DNA from: Haliotis rufescens
Lineage: Eukaryota
Assembly (NCBI RefSeq): GCF_023055435.1
Contig: NW_025963890.1
Location: forward strand, 42,346,001-42,410,000
Reading direction: 5' to 3'
Length of the DNA stretch: 64,000 nt
Positions 26,001 to 39,880 of the stretch are shown piece by piece (the first letter of the stretch is position 1; each line of letters starts with the position of its first letter). The position numbers were made by a program, and so were the translations under genes. A model generated the notes under the pieces. The model ran no database searches, was not told the DNA's origin, and worked only from the letters and a program-made list of their open reading frames with translations.

Positions 26001-26442
26001 TGTTTGATCATCTATTGCCTGCCTTGGGATAAACATTGACTGAACAAGGCAGTAGTGTTTGGTCATCTATTGCCTGCCTTTGGGTAAACATTGACTGAAC
26101 AAGGCAGTAGTGTTTGATCATCTATTGCCTGCCTTGGGGTAAACATTGACTGAACAAAGCAGTAGTGTTTGATCATCTATTGCCTGCCTTGGGGTAAACA
26201 TTGACTGAACAAAGCAGTAGTGTTTGATCATCTATTGCCTGCCTTGCGGTAAACATTGACTGAACAAAGCAGTAGTGTTTGATCATCTATTGCCTGCCTT
26301 GCGGTAAACATTGACTGAACAAGGCAGTATTGTTTGATCATCTATTGCCTGCCTTGTGGTTAACATTGACTGAACAAAGCAGTAGTGCTTGATCATCTAT
26401 TGCCTGCCTTGCGGTAAATATTGACTAAACAAGGCAGTAGTG
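23006..26442 (+). repeat. 55-bp satellite, about 63 units, with higher-order blocks
   Basis: Unit TTTGATCATCTATTGCCTGCCTTGCGGTAAACATTGACTGAACAAAGCAGTAGTG; some 51-bp variants. Confidence 0.98.
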
Positions 26443-26940
26443 TACACGTTACTGGGGATGGCTGCAGCTTACATTCTGTGTAACTCACAGTCACTTGTTG
26501 ATTGTGTGAAACAAAATTTATACTTCTCATTTCTGATTTAACTTGTAATTGAAAAATTGCTATGAACCATACCCAGTGTTTTATCTGGATGTGTCCGTGA
26601 CGTCCTCTGTAAGAAGCTGTATGCCAAGATGGATGGTTTCGATTTTCAGCTGTGAATTAACCCTTCATTTCCAGCAATATGTCATCAGCTCCAGTGTATT
26701 TATTCTACATTTGTCAGTTGCTAAGGTACTTACTTAAGAGCATATATACTTTATTCAAATTTCATGGAAAGACACATGATGCTTACAACAGAGCTTTTCA
26801 TTCAAGTACCTGGTTAAGTAATTCGAGATTCTGACAAATATGACAGTTGACGATGCCATATCATGCTATTTGACCTTTTATGAGGAACTTTCACAGTTCT
26901 CACATACTGAACATTTTGTGAGTTGCGGGTACTACCAGTA

Positions 26941-27102
26941 GTGAAGTGAGTGAGTATTGTTTTACGCCGCTTTATGCAATATTCCAGCAATATCACGGCT
27001 GGGGACACCAGAAATGGGCTTCACACGTTGTACCAATGAATCGAACCCGGGTCTTCGGTTCGACGAGCGAACACTATAACCACTAGGCTACCCCGACGCC
27101 CC
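26941..27102 (-). mobile_element. SINE family 1
   Basis: Reverse complement of family 1; counterpart at 57004-57168. Confidence 0.85.
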
Positions 27103-27358
27103 ACCAGCTGTGATGACCATGCTTGGATGTATACCCATTTCGTGAACAACTTGTGTGTTTACTGATTTTCAGTGTTCTATTCACATAATTTTCATCACTA
27201 AATTGCATTTTACTTCATATGGCATCTGTTATTCTATGGCGTTTACGTTTTAAATTAATTCACTTCCCGTGGGATTTCACATGACAATCGTATTATACAT
27301 TATCGAAGTGTCTAACGTAGTGTATAATATTTCACAGGTATAGTTTGCTGATACAACA

Positions 27359-30300
27359 ATGGCCACACCATCTGCAGTCATTGCTGTCGCCGCTCACATC
27401 ATCGTACTTACCCATGGTAGGTATCACTCTTCCGTTCACAATTTTACTTACTTTGAACGCAGCAATAATATAGTTTCAAATTGTTTGATGCCCTTATGTC
27501 TGACTATATAGAGATTATTTGCCGAGTGTGCCGGACATTAGGCATATATATATTAGGGATAAACATTGTCTTATAAATGCGATCCTTTTATTTCTAATAT
27601 ATGATTATTACGACGACGTTACGGAAACACAAGAATATAATTTCAAATTGTGTCATTCTTGAAGTAATTTCACCTCAAGGAGTAACTAAAGAAACTGCAT
27701 CAATAAAGAATGCGAACCGCCCCATTAATGATAAAGTGCAGATAGTTTGCCTGCAAACAAAACCCACACACATTGGGAACCCACGAGCACGGGTATGGTG
27801 CTGACAAACCTAGAAACATAATCGTGGCGAACCAGGATTCGAACCCACAATCATAGCTTTCATAGCATTGATGTGTGGAGATTAAGAGTAGTTCTTGGTG
27901 GCTTCATTTGCATATTTATCGGCCCGTGATCAAGTATATGTCACTAAGAGACAGGTCACTACTTTAAACACTTTCCATTCTGTCATAATTTCTATTTACA
28001 AGTATATTTCATATTATGCTAAGTAGAGGAAAATGGCAAAACTTAGAATTGGTAAGGAATAGAGGGATCTTGGTACCATAACTGAGCATGAACTAAATCT
28101 TATAAAGACGGGGCGGTCGGGTAGCCTAGTGGTTAAAGCGTTCGCTTGTCACGCCAAAGACCCGGGTTCGAATCCAGACATGGGTACAATGTGTGAAGCC
28201 CATTTCTGGTGTCCCCCGCCGTGATATTGCTGGAATATTGCTAAAAGCGGCGTAAAACCATACTCACTCACTCACTCTTATAAAGATGACATTTACCATA
28301 AATGGGCCATAAAGATTGCATGTATCGCGTCGTTTAAGTCTTTTTGATGTCGATACAACTATTTTCTTCCTGTTTTCCTGTTTTTTACACAGAACATCAT
28401 AACTTTCAAATTCCTCTTTTGGAATAGAAACCTGCCAAAAATAGAAAAATAACATTAAAATTACCGGCAACTATTACGAAGAATATATTATTGATAAAGA
28501 TGGACACGTATGTGTCGAAAACAAAACAGTTCCGCAAGATACCAGTTCGAATCAGCGTTTTCAGATAACTTAGCTTGCTACGATATTTGTTTTACAATAT
28601 GTATATTTCAGCCCTCGTATTTGTTTTCGCTGCTGGGAATGTTATGCTGGAATACCCTTTTAAGTTTCTATATTTTGATATTAAAGCTGTAGATGGATTG
28701 TAAGTGCTATTTGGTTGAAGTGTTTGAAGATTACATAAAGAAATAGATTTATATCCTGTGTATTCAGTGTTTCTGTTCCCACTTCCAGCCTGTAGGGATC
28801 CCACAAATTGTATCAAGTTAAATCATGTTGATACAACCGGCAAACCTACGTGTGAGCTCGGGTGTATTGATGGATGGTCCGGCGACTGCTGTCGGCAGCA
28901 CTGTCTCGACAGGTGCATGGCTTGTTCCTCCAGAAATAAACGTGAATGTACAAAGTGTGAATCTGGTCGTTATGGAATCAGATGTGAGGATCTCTGTGGA
29001 CAGTGTCATAAGGGCAACTGTTCCATCAATGGGACATGTCATGATGGGTGTAAGCCTGGCTTCTGGGGAACACGCTGCAGCAATCCGTGTTCTCAACACT
29101 GCAAGGATGAAGAAATGGACAGTCCCTGTGAACACCATACAGGACATTGCATCTATGGTTGTAAGGGCGGATACTTTGGGGAATCATGTGACGCCATGTG
29201 TCCAGATGACTGTGAGGGGTGTAACAGTACACACAGAGATTGTCAAGTATGTCGGGGTGGCCGATGCTCCACACAGTGTAATGACGGGTTCTATGGTATT
29301 GAATGTAATCAGTCTTGTCTACAGAACTGTAAGCAGTGTCTTAATTCAAACACAACATGCAAGACTTGCTCAGATAAGGATGGGATGTGTTCTATAGGTT
29401 GTATTCATGGTTTCTATGGCCCGACGTGCAATCAAACATGTCCACAGAATTGCAAAGACTGTAACGAATCAGATGTAGGTTGCCTAAAATGTGGAAGAGA
29501 GGATGGAGAATGCTCTCAAGGATGCAGGGAAGGGTATTATGGACGCCACTGTCAAATCACGTGCCCTGAGAACTGTCTTCAGTGTAACACGACCAGGGAC
29601 TGTGACGACTGTATGGTGTCTCATCGTGGTAGCAACTGCACCCTGTTATGTCACACGTGTCCGTCCGTACGTCAGTATATAAACTGTACAGTGAAGTGTA
29701 AGGACGGTATTGATGGAGAAATGAATGACATTACAACTCACAAGGCCAGTTCTAAGGACAACGAGGATTTCTTCGGTACCATCTCAGACCTGATAAACGA
29801 AAAAGGTATACCTTGTGTTAGTATGCTTGTAATGTGTTTTGGCATCGATGGTGTAGTCACTGAAATTAATGTTTTTTATGTCATTTACATGTGGAGGTAA
29901 TAATCAACATTTATTAAATTTAAGACTTATACTACTCAAAATAAGTTTCACACCCGATTCTTATATATTACTACTGCTATTTTTCATGGCATGACATGGG
30001 TGTTCTTTGTCTTCTTTTGAGTAGTATACAACGACACAACACACTAATAAACATCATCGTCGCACATGAAAGGACAGATGTATAAAACACATATTACGTT
30101 TCACCTAACTAATACAAGTAAAATACATTCGCACAAACTCCATGGAGGTATGTGTATAACTACACACATTACACAATTAACACAAAAACGCCTAAAAACT
30201 GTATTATGTCTCTTTCCAAACGTAAACAATATCTATCATCATTTTGTTTTTCAGAGTATCTTCTTCCATTTTTGGCCAGTGCTCTTGTGTTGTGCATAGG

Positions 30301-31406
30301 TCTCTCTGCCTTCATCTTGTGGAGATGCAAGTAGGTTAAACTAAGTATGGTTATGTGAGCCAATGTAAAGAGTGAGTGAGTCAGTTGGGTTTAACACCGC
30401 TTTTAACAGTATTCCAGTTATATCACAGCGTGTCAGCTTAATGCGGGAGGAAAGCCCGAAGTGATGCAGGTCTCAGACGTTAACCACTTCGGTGAAACCC
30501 ACGAGCACGGGTATGGTGCTGGCAAACCTAGAAACATAATCGGAGCGAACCGGGATTCGAACCCACAAACAGGTTTCTGGCGTGCCCAAGGGACGCAACC
30601 CTGCACAGCGAATTGCGGAGCCTTAGACGACTGGGCCACCCGTCTCACCATTGGGTACGTATACAATAGCAATCCGCCAAGTCACAGACAATTACCGCAA
30701 TTAAGTGTATAAAATTAATAATAGAAGCATGGAGTCTGGTGTGATGAATATCTAATACATCCTTGTTTTATTTAGGAAGACCCGCAGGGAAAGACTTTCA
30801 GCGATGGACAATGGTTGTTTGGAAGTAAAGACGTCAGAGGAAGAAGTGTTCCAGAAATGTGGAGACATTTACCACGAAATACACGATGAAGATCTGGACA
30901 CGAACATGTCTCTCATACCAGCAGGACAGAGACCTCTACCCGACAGGCCCAGATTACCCATTCCCCTTGAAGCAGTAACCAGTGCCGTAGACCATGCCTG
31001 TTCCTTACCAGAGACCGGTGCGAGTGGACACTCGTCTGTCGGGTATCTGACGCCTCAACAAACGCAAGACGTAGAACAGCCAAGATACACGTCCTCTAGG
31101 ACTGATGATGGTGTATACCTTGACGTTCGGCAGAGTCATAAGCCGGAACTGGTAGGTGAAACCTCGTTTACTGTCCCAACTGGAGAAGTTGGTAGGAGGC
31201 ACCTGGCACAAAGACATTCAAGGAGAGATATCAGGACTAGAAAATGTGGAACAAAGCAACTCTCTTTGGATTCTGGCACTTGTTTTGTAACGAATGAGGA
31301 TCCTGAAACTACAAAGAAGGATAAAGCTGGTAACAGACTGTTCAAAGTACGTGCTCCAGTGTGTAAGAGAACAATGCTAAACCCACGTGGGTCGTGTGAA
31401 TTTTAA
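27359..31406 (+). CDS. Receptor B: multiple EGF-like-domain type I membrane protein, about 593 aa; join(27359..27416,28789..29805,30255..30330,30776..31406)
   Basis: GT-AG introns, same phases as A, 1782 nt in frame. Signal exon MATPSAVIAVAAHIIVLTH, EGF exon (ORF 28758..29900), TM exon YLLPFLASALVLCIGLSAFILW, cytoplasmic exon (ORF 30804..31406). Confidence 0.88.
27776..27858 (-). mobile_element. SINE family 2 fragment in intron 1 of receptor B (longer at 57842-57998 in C)
   Basis: AACCCACGAGCACGGGTATGGTGCTGACAAACC...GGATTCGAACCCAC. Confidence 0.8.
28110..28275 (+). mobile_element. SINE family 1 (tRNA-Asp-like head) in intron 1 of receptor B
   Basis: A box TAGCCTAGTGG, B box GGTTCGAATCC, (CTCA)n tail, 11-bp TSD TCTTATAAAGA; shared with C at 58250-58415. 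Confidence 0.92.
30370..30643 (-). mobile_element. SINE family 2 in intron 3 of receptor B
   Basis: Near full-length family 2 copy. Confidence 0.88.
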
Positions 31407-32738
31407 GGCGCACACGATTATGGCGGTCTTATAAAGTAAGGCATTCATAGTATAAAGGCGTGTCAAACCTACCTGTGATGATTATAGGTTTCTAAACGTC
31501 AATTCATATACAGTCGTAGATGTAGGGCTGATCCTCCTATATGTGGAGTAGTTATGTATCTTTGAGAATTAAAAATTAAAAATTTAGCTTTGTGTTCAAC
31601 CTACACGAACTAAATCAACATTAAATTATTGACTTCAGCTAATGCCATCATATTGAAAGAAACTTAATATGATGCGAACCGTATAAAACTTTAAGCCGGT
31701 AAGTTAGAGTCTTAAAAATTGAATACCATTTTATAATGCTTATTATCCGTAAACTGGCTAGCTACTTTTGATATGCTTAACCGGATGACATGTCTGTGGC
31801 CATCGAGGAATTCATCTTCCTGTTGCTCGCTCCTGTTTCAACAGTTTCGATACATTCACATTGTTCAGGTATGATGTGAATTGCACTACGGAGATGAGTG
31901 TTAATATTTACCGTGTGATGATTCATACTGAAATGAAACTATTCTGGTTGCTATTATTTGATTTTCAAATAAAACTGATCGCAAAACCATATAATAATTA
32001 GTACTTTTCAAAATAATAAAGCCCGTGATAAGTTCATAAAGAATTGTCCTGGCATAAATTGATTTGAGCCTGGCGTAACTGGATTTCTACACAATGAAAT
32101 GAGTGTCTTTTTAACAATGGTCCAGCAATATGACGTCATGGGGAAACAATAAATGGGCGCCGTACATCGTATACATGTGGGGAATTCAACAACTTTTAAA
32201 AAATCGAAAAAAAAATTAAATCGAAGACCTCAAGCAAAACCTCGTACTTGTGTATGTTAATCAGTCGTGTCTTCTGTCATTAGTAAATGAAATGGCTATT
32301 TGTCTCTTTTGTTTGTGTTTATGTTTGACATTTTACAACGGTCAGCGTTATTCAAGCCAGATCATTGTAGTCAGAGAAAGCAAAGGTCAATATTAATGGC
32401 TGAGGTACAAGGACAAGCGTGTCACCGACCACCTTACCACCTGACCACCTGGCCACCCGATCCATGTTGTTGCCTCGTACGACACCCAATAAAGTGATGG
32501 TGGACACATCTATACCGATTACCCATGGGACGTTTGATATCTCGATGGATAATTGATTATAAGGAACCGATAAAATATTTCCTTGAAAAAATATAGAAGG
32601 ACAATGAGAAAGGGTCATGAATCCAACCTTCCTGTCGACAATTCCAGATAATAAAATTATGATGATGTTTGACCAAATAGGTTTTAACAAGTCTCATGGA
32701 CAGGGAAGTTGGTAAAATTTGGTTTCGAGGCATTAACA

Positions 32739-32880
32739 GGGGCGGTCGGGTAGCCTAGTGGTTAAATCGTTCGCTCGTCATGCCGAAGGTACAATTAGTG
32801 AAGCCCATTTCTAGTGTCCCCCGCCGTGATATTGCTGGAATATTGCTAAAAGCGGCGTAAAACCATACTCACTCACTCAC
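32739..32880 (+). mobile_element. SINE family 1, internally deleted
   Basis: 14-bp TSD TCGAGGCATTAACA; the B-box segment is missing. Confidence 0.9.
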
Positions 32881-33909
32881 TCGAGGCATTAACATGGACA
32901 CAGTTTTGAAAGAATGACAAATAAGCTCAGATTCATTCATTTAAGTAAAAACATACAATGTAATATACATTCTCACATAAAAGCGCCAGATGGGATTAAC
33001 GCGGGGCAATTATAGATAAAAGGGACAAAACAGTTATGTAACAATTGATAACGCCGAGAAAACACGACTTTTCGTGGGTTTGGAACCCGCTTTATTCAGG
33101 AGACGTAGAAGGAGAATATTTATACCCTCTAAACATATATTATAATTATATGAACGTCACAGTATAGATCATATCACAGTGGTATCACAGATTCGATGCA
33201 AGATGAAATGGAGATAACAGAGGTACGCTTGTCACATTGTCACATTTATAAAAAAAATAAAATACATTTAATGACAATTATTTTCCCTTTCAGTTATTTC
33301 ATTTACATAATGAAACTTGTTGAATAGTAGGGATTTATAAACAATACATATATTCTCCACATGAGAATGTAATTAACATTTTAATATTTGTGACCCAACA
33401 GGAGAAAAGGGTCCTCATGGGTGCTAGCATACACTTGAGCTGTGATGTCATAAAGACGTTTGACGTCAGCGTGCAGACTGTACAAAACGATCTTATTTTT
33501 TCTCTCGTTATTTCGTAACGTAAAAAAAACCTTTATTTCAAAGCCTCAGCTTACATGTCTGCTTTCAATTCATCAGACATTATGTGTAAAATCTACAATT
33601 ATTACATACACAAAGGACAGGCAAAGTGAATACCATGAATAATACTGTTGCCCACAAACCTGCTTGACACAAACAAGAAATGTTTTTGTATAACTTTTTA
33701 TTGACTTCTTAAATAAAACAAAATACAACGTGAAAACGACACTGCTGCAGAGATTCCAAACCATATCATAAGCACGTGTTCATGAATCACCAGTGTCAGC
33801 TTATTGTGGGAGTCAAGCATTAACTGACGCAGGTTGAACATGTTGACCACCAGCAGGGGTATCGAGCTGACGAGCATCATTAAGCTTAATATAGACGCAT
33901 GCGGTGATA

Positions 33910-34086
33910 GTGCAGTACTGACTCCGAGCCGACCAATCCTTGTTTTAGCCCCCTAATGCCGCGCGCCAGACAGGGTAACAACAAACACCATCTTTTAACG
34001 TCTTTTGGTATGACGCGGCCGGGGATCGAACCCCGGACCTTCCGCTCTCCGGGCGGACGCTCTACCACTAGACCACGGAGGCGGTT
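33910..34086 (-). mobile_element. SINE family 4, 5' part
   Basis: Nearly identical head to 5160-5285. Confidence 0.85.
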
Positions 34087-34313
34087 CATTAATACAGGAC
34101 CCTCTGATGTTACTGTTGTCTTAATAGAAATCAAATCTGACATGTCTCTGGCGTCAATGGTTGCAGGATGCAAACTATTCCTTAATACATAAGACACGAC
34201 AAGGCACTGACCTTTAAACGAAAACATATCTTAGCCTTCAATTTCTCTATTCAGTATAAAGGCCACAGGCCCAAATAAATATTGACATATAGAATATACA
34301 TATTGATGCAACA

Positions 34314-34920
34314 TTAAACAAGTATTACAAAAGGGATGAACGTAATAGCCTCTTTAATATATTTACAGCATTGAAGTAAATCATGATCAGTTAGTTTGCC
34401 TGAGCTTATAAGCTTAAATAACTGAGATTTAAAATATATATTTGGAATGTGTTTCTGTCTGATATAATCATATAATGGACATGATAGTATAAAATGTAAT
34501 TCAGTTTCAATGATGTTCTTACAAAAAGGACACAATCTAAAATTAAAATCAATATTACTTTTTCTTCCAATATTCACCATGATATTTAATTCTCCAATTC
34601 TTAATAGTGATAACATTCTTCTTAGTTCTTTACAAGTGATTTTTAAAATATACGGTTCAATAACAAATGCTTTTTTGAGTGACGAATAAAATTCTAAATG
34701 TGTATAATCATTAACTTGTGAATGCCATTGCTTAATGGGAATAAGGGCTTTATTAGCTTTCTGGACTAAAGTTTGCAAACATTTTGACAATGATAATCCG
34801 TTTGAAAATACAACATCTAAATAACTATAATATGTTCCTATCTTTATATGTACATCATCATAAAACCATTTTTCAACATTTTAAAGTTTTCCACCATTTC
34901 GGAAAACTAATATTAACCTT
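34314..34920 (-). mobile_element. LINE ORF2 3' fragment
   Basis: VFRNGGKL...YLDVVFSNG (post-RT region) and the C-terminal RLCPFCKNIIETELHFILSCPLY zinc-knuckle-like motif (ORF 34314..34790). Confidence 0.8.
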
Positions 34921-35599
34921 GACAGATTGGATACATCAAACATTTCTACAGCAATACTGGCTACCGTCATGAATACACTTGTGCAGATCTCACAGGTCCG
35001 AGGCATTAATACATGGCAGCTCCCATCATGATAAGGTGTTGATGTCCGCAGTCTAGACATTGTCATCATGGAGTATTTGACATATCTTTAAGGAGTTTCA
35101 TATGGCACAACTCCAGCCCTATAACAAGGCAGAACTTAAACACTGGTGGACGTATTTGGTTGTTTGGACGGACGTACCATTCTTTCCTCCTGATAAAGTT
35201 TCCATTTGTTTTCCCCATCACACATATGGGTACCCTGTGAAAATAGAAAACAAAAGTAAGTAGTTACTATCAAACATCCATCTTCTAGCTGTCTTACTAG
35301 GATACCTACTAGTAGAAATTCCTTCAGGTGTGTTATCAATTTTGGCCAAATTATATCCGTTAAAAAAGAATTAAGCAACCAACACAAATTATTTTATTTA
35401 ACACAAGTGTCAAATTTTTGAATGATGTAACAGCAAAATTAAAATTATGTGCACAATAACCAAAAGTGACAGAAAAAGTCATTGAACAGATTTAAAAGTG
35501 CAAACACATACACCCTTGAAAACATCGTCCGATCGATCATAATTATTTCACTTCGTGCAGTCATTTTGGGAATGGCCAAATAATATTCAATAACGTGAC

Positions 35600-36310
35600 T
35601 GCCCACAGTTGGCAAAAAAAACGGGCTTCTTAACGTCTTAGTATTGACCAAATGAGTTGTTGCTGAGGAATATTCTGCCATTCTACCCGCATCCCAAGGG
35701 TGTCCCAAGCAGGTTGAATCGGATTTAGGTCTGGTGATCTCTCCGTCCAGTCCAAACGTGCGATATTGTTGCCCTGAGAGACATCAGTGACGGCTCATGT
35801 TCCATGCGGATAGGCTTTATCACCCATACAGATGAAGTAAGGCCCAGCTTGTTGTGCTAGAGGAATGATGATAGGCGTGATAATCTCATCTCTGTAACGT
35901 ACGCCAGTTATAGTACTTCGTATGATGACCACAAGATCGGTTCTTCAGCCAATCTGGATGCCACCGAACATGATCAAGCTTCCTCCTTCAACATGATCCT
36001 GTTCCGCAATGGTGCAGTTGCGTATTGTCCAGAGTTGTTCCTCCAGACACGTTCCCTTCAGTCTTGGCAGTAGCTGGACTCATCTCTGAAAAGAACATTT
36101 CGCCATAGGCCGACCCTCCAATTGCGATGCTGATTTGACAAAATCATCCCCTGTTGTCAATGGTGTTCAGGCAATGGTATGGATGGTACCGGTCTTCTAG
36201 ACCACAATTCTTTCTGCATGGAGTCTGTTTAGAAGTGTTTGTGTTGAAACCCTAGTGCCTGCAAAACTTTGAAGGTCATTCTGGAGAGCTCTTGTTGTGG
36301 TGAACCTGCT
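35600..36310 (-). mobile_element. Tc1-family transposase relic
   Basis: NVLFRDES and SPDLNPIQPAWDTLG readable on the - strand with frameshifts. Confidence 0.75.
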
Positions 36311-39300
36311 TCTCTGCTTTTCCAGGTGCAGTTCAATGGCGTCTAACTATGTTTCTGATCATACTTACATCGACTTTCATCATACCAAAAACACAGTAAC
36401 TGCATGTCAACTGATGCTAGGCAAAATATATTTATTCCAGATACCTTTGGAAATAATAAGAATGATTACTTAATGATATCAAACACATCGAGTTACAGTA
36501 ATTGCACTTATTCGAAAAGTACATTCAAGAGTAACAACAGTCTCACTTACCTCTTCCACTGATAACTGAAGCGCATCCCATTCATGTTGTAGAAATAGTG
36601 ACATAACATGTTCAGCGAATTTATTTCTCAACAAATCTGATTAAATAACAGGATTTGGGCTGTACAGAAGTTGTGCTTACGACTGGTTGGCCAGAAATAC
36701 TTCCCCAATAGTAATAGAATGACTATCTCTCCATAAGGAACTTCGACCTGGCTGAACCTCATTTACTTGCGTTGTTTTACTCTTACAATATGGTTGTTCA
36801 CATTGACAGTACTATTCACAAATTGCCTGAACCTAGCGGACAATCCCAATATTTAGTTATGTTCAATATTGACCTGATGATGTACCGATGGAAATGAGCC
36901 TGCTTGCACAGCCGTTGCCTACGGAATCACCCTAAGTATGTCTGAATGTCCCCTTTATTGAGCTTGAGCAACATGTGAGATTGCTCCCTTTTCTAACAAT
37001 GGTTAGTGTATGTTTCATTTAATTTATGTATCCTGACATTGAATCATAATGTTTGTTGTGATCAAGAGCTTGTGCAGTGTACCAGTGAGCGACAAAACCA
37101 TTTGATAATGTAACGAACGAGCGCTGGACAACTCTGATCCCCAATATAAATGGTGTTCTTAATCAAATTTGAAATTTTAAGCATAAATTGTATGTTTATA
37201 TACATATCTATCTCATACTATGCATATCTTAAAGGGTTCAAGCACGTTTCCACATGGGATCGATGAAGAAAGAAAATATGCATTGTATGAGATAGGATAA
37301 GTTTAATTATTATTCAATATATTCTATTTTCAACTTTCCATCTGTAACACACAGCACGTTTAACATGGTCCTTGTCTATGAAAATACCTCGTGACTATTG
37401 GTATTTCCCGAAATGTGAACCCACTTTATTTTTCTGAATGGAAATGACAGCAAGTGGGCCTACATTTTAGAAAACCAGTGTAGTTGAAAGCGGTATTTGG
37501 TTGGTTTGGTGCTAATCATTATTTTCTGAAATGGGCGACCCTCTTTTCCCCCTCATAATTGGCGATTGAAACAATTTGTCAATTGGCCAACAATTGTACA
37601 AACGGACGACAGACAGACGAAGGTATGACACAAATATTGCCAACACATCATGTATAAACTCACATTGCTTCAGACTTGTATTATGTCCGTCAGTCAGAAA
37701 ATAATACAAATAAAACGGATTTGTTAAGAACTTGAATTCTACAGAATTCAAGAATAATCTGCCAGATATTTATTTCATCAGGAAAATATTCTTTCATTTT
37801 TTCTGCAGAAATGCATTTTTGAGCCCATTTGTAGGCAAATGTCTATGAATACATATTGGGATTTAGATCAATTCTTCTCATCCAAGGCGTTTCAATGATA
37901 TGTTTGTTCATGTAGCTGGATTCCATCTATGTGGGCAAGTTCGGATTGATGACCATTCCGAAGATATTCCGCTCTGCATTAGTTCCAATGGGTTATCAGC
38001 ATCCTTTGTTGCATACTTTGATTTGTATTCAAGATGTATTCACACGCAAGCTTTAGGGTGAAAAGGCTTCTCAACTTTAGGCATCAAATAGTGCACAATA
38101 TTAGATGGGAGGAGTTATCTCTCTTCCATTAGAATCGTTGTTAATTGGCAGGTTACCTGTCGCTGGTCCGTACGTACTCTGGCTGAGTGGCACGCTGGGT
38201 GACTGTCCTTTTACAACTGTGGAATTAGATACCAGATTTTTATGTTATTTTGACCAATCAGAATCAGGCATTCTTCAGCGTCATGGTTATGAAAGATAAG
38301 TCTATTTCTTTATGAGTGAATGAGTAAAAGTTGCTTAACACCGTATCAGCAATCTTCGAGTTTCCTGTGAGTGTTTATTTATGTGTGCATGTATGTACAT
38401 CATGCGATAATAGCTGTGCTGTGTATGACGAATTGCTGTGTATGTCTGAATATATCAAGCCATATTATGATGCACATGAACCAAATTAACCCGACAATAA
38501 ACTCTTTTTCAACAGCTGCCAGAAAAAAAATGCCTTCACACAATAAAGTATTTAGTAATGAAACATTTAAGGAAGAAATAAACTTTAGGAGTCATTTGTA
38601 GAAAGCATATTATTACATCCGTTGCTATATGTTCTGTACTTACAACATTTACGGCAACAGTAATTATAGCTGAAAGAAATAATAAAAAATATATACACTA
38701 TGTGGAATTCCCTGAATCTACATTTATACTACATTGCATTCACAAATTGTATAAAAGATTATGAAGGCAGAATTAGATATTAATATCTACTACCTACACT
38801 ACCCTTCTCTATTATAGACATTAGTAGTTGGATGTAAACATGGCATACATTCCATTAATATGTTTCACAACCTTGTTTAACATGGCTAAATAAATGATTG
38901 CATCAGTTCATTTTCCTTACCATAACTCGATTTCCCTTGGACAATGTAAATATTTCGATACTGCCACAGCAATCAGGACGAAAATGCCTGTCAGTTTGAT
39001 TACTTGGTATAGTTGTAAGATCCAGCTTGTGGAACTGTCTGCATGCAATCCTAAGAAAATTTACGACAATGTAAATAGTTGCCTTTTAATTATGTTGGCT
39101 GTAGAAAATGTATCACTTATGAACATCGTCACTGTATCCTCGTTGGTATCATTATATATATACACGCATTCTTAGGGAAGTAGGGAATCATGACATATAA
39201 CTGTTGATAGAACGTTTTTGTCTGGAAAAACCTCACAGCAAAACACATCCTATAGTTTTCACGTGCCGCACGTAGTAGCGCAAAACACGTGCGTAGGGTG

Positions 39301-39369
39301 ACATTCGTGATTTTGACACTTTCAAGGAAGGTCGATTAATCTCTCTGGCTCATTATTTCTGTCAATCAA

Positions 39370-39499
39370 GCAATATTCCAGCAATATCACGGCGGAGACA
39401 CCAGAAATGGGTTCACACATTGAACCCATGTCGAGAATCGAACCCAGGTCTTGGGCATGACGAGCGAACGCTTTAACCACTAGGCTACCCGACCGCCCC
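39370..39499 (-). mobile_element. SINE family 1, tail-less
   Basis: Reverse complement of the family 1 head and body. Confidence 0.85.
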
Positions 39500-39880
39500 T
39501 GTATTGTGCAAGGAAGGGTCACTGGACAGTCCTATTGGGACAACATGCTGACACTCTATGCTGTCCCGTTTTTCCCGTTTTCAGGACGACAACGCCCGTG
39601 CTTACCGTGCGCGAATCGTCAATGCGCACCTCCAGCAGCACTACATCCAAAGAATGCCATGGCCAGCAATGAGCCTAGATCCTTACCAATATTGAACACC
39701 CCTGAGACGTGATAGGGAGACGTTTGCGTCAACGTCATAGGCCGCCGACAACGTTTCATGAACTTGGCCTCTGCAAGAGGAGTTAGACAGACTCCCACAT
39801 CGCTTTTGGGAGACTCGTACGCAGTAAGCCTCGTCGTGTGAATGAATGTTTGACAAACGTGGCGGTATTACTTACCATTG
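39500..39880 (+). mobile_element. Tc1-family transposase 3' relic (intron of gene D)
   Basis: QDDNARAYRAR and a degenerate WPAMS..IEH motif. Confidence 0.7.

Larger units (their letters stand above)
13755..29665 (+). repeat. Segmental duplication, copy 1 (partner about 46197-59795)
   Basis: Colinear near-identical sequence; matching ORF pairs 14334/46854, 17014/50143, 17669/50802, 22442/55320, 27601/57667, 28758/58897. Confidence 0.93.

Noticed and set aside
23006-26442. CRISPR-like appearance of the 55-bp array
   Set aside because: Head-to-tail units with no unique spacers, no cas genes, eukaryotic context.
27271-27280. NF-kB-like site GGGATTTCAC before exon 1 of B (also 57337)
   Set aside because: One mismatch to consensus and short; its conservation only reflects the recent duplication.
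28110-28185. Possible tRNA-Asp genes (all family 1 heads)
   Set aside because: Followed by SINE body, simple-repeat tail and TSDs; they are SINE heads.
34920-35234. Possible further exon of gene D (strong acceptor at 35234, phase 0)
   Set aside because: Phase-compatible, but the translation has stops and no recognisable LRR or other repeat; it runs into a LINE fragment.
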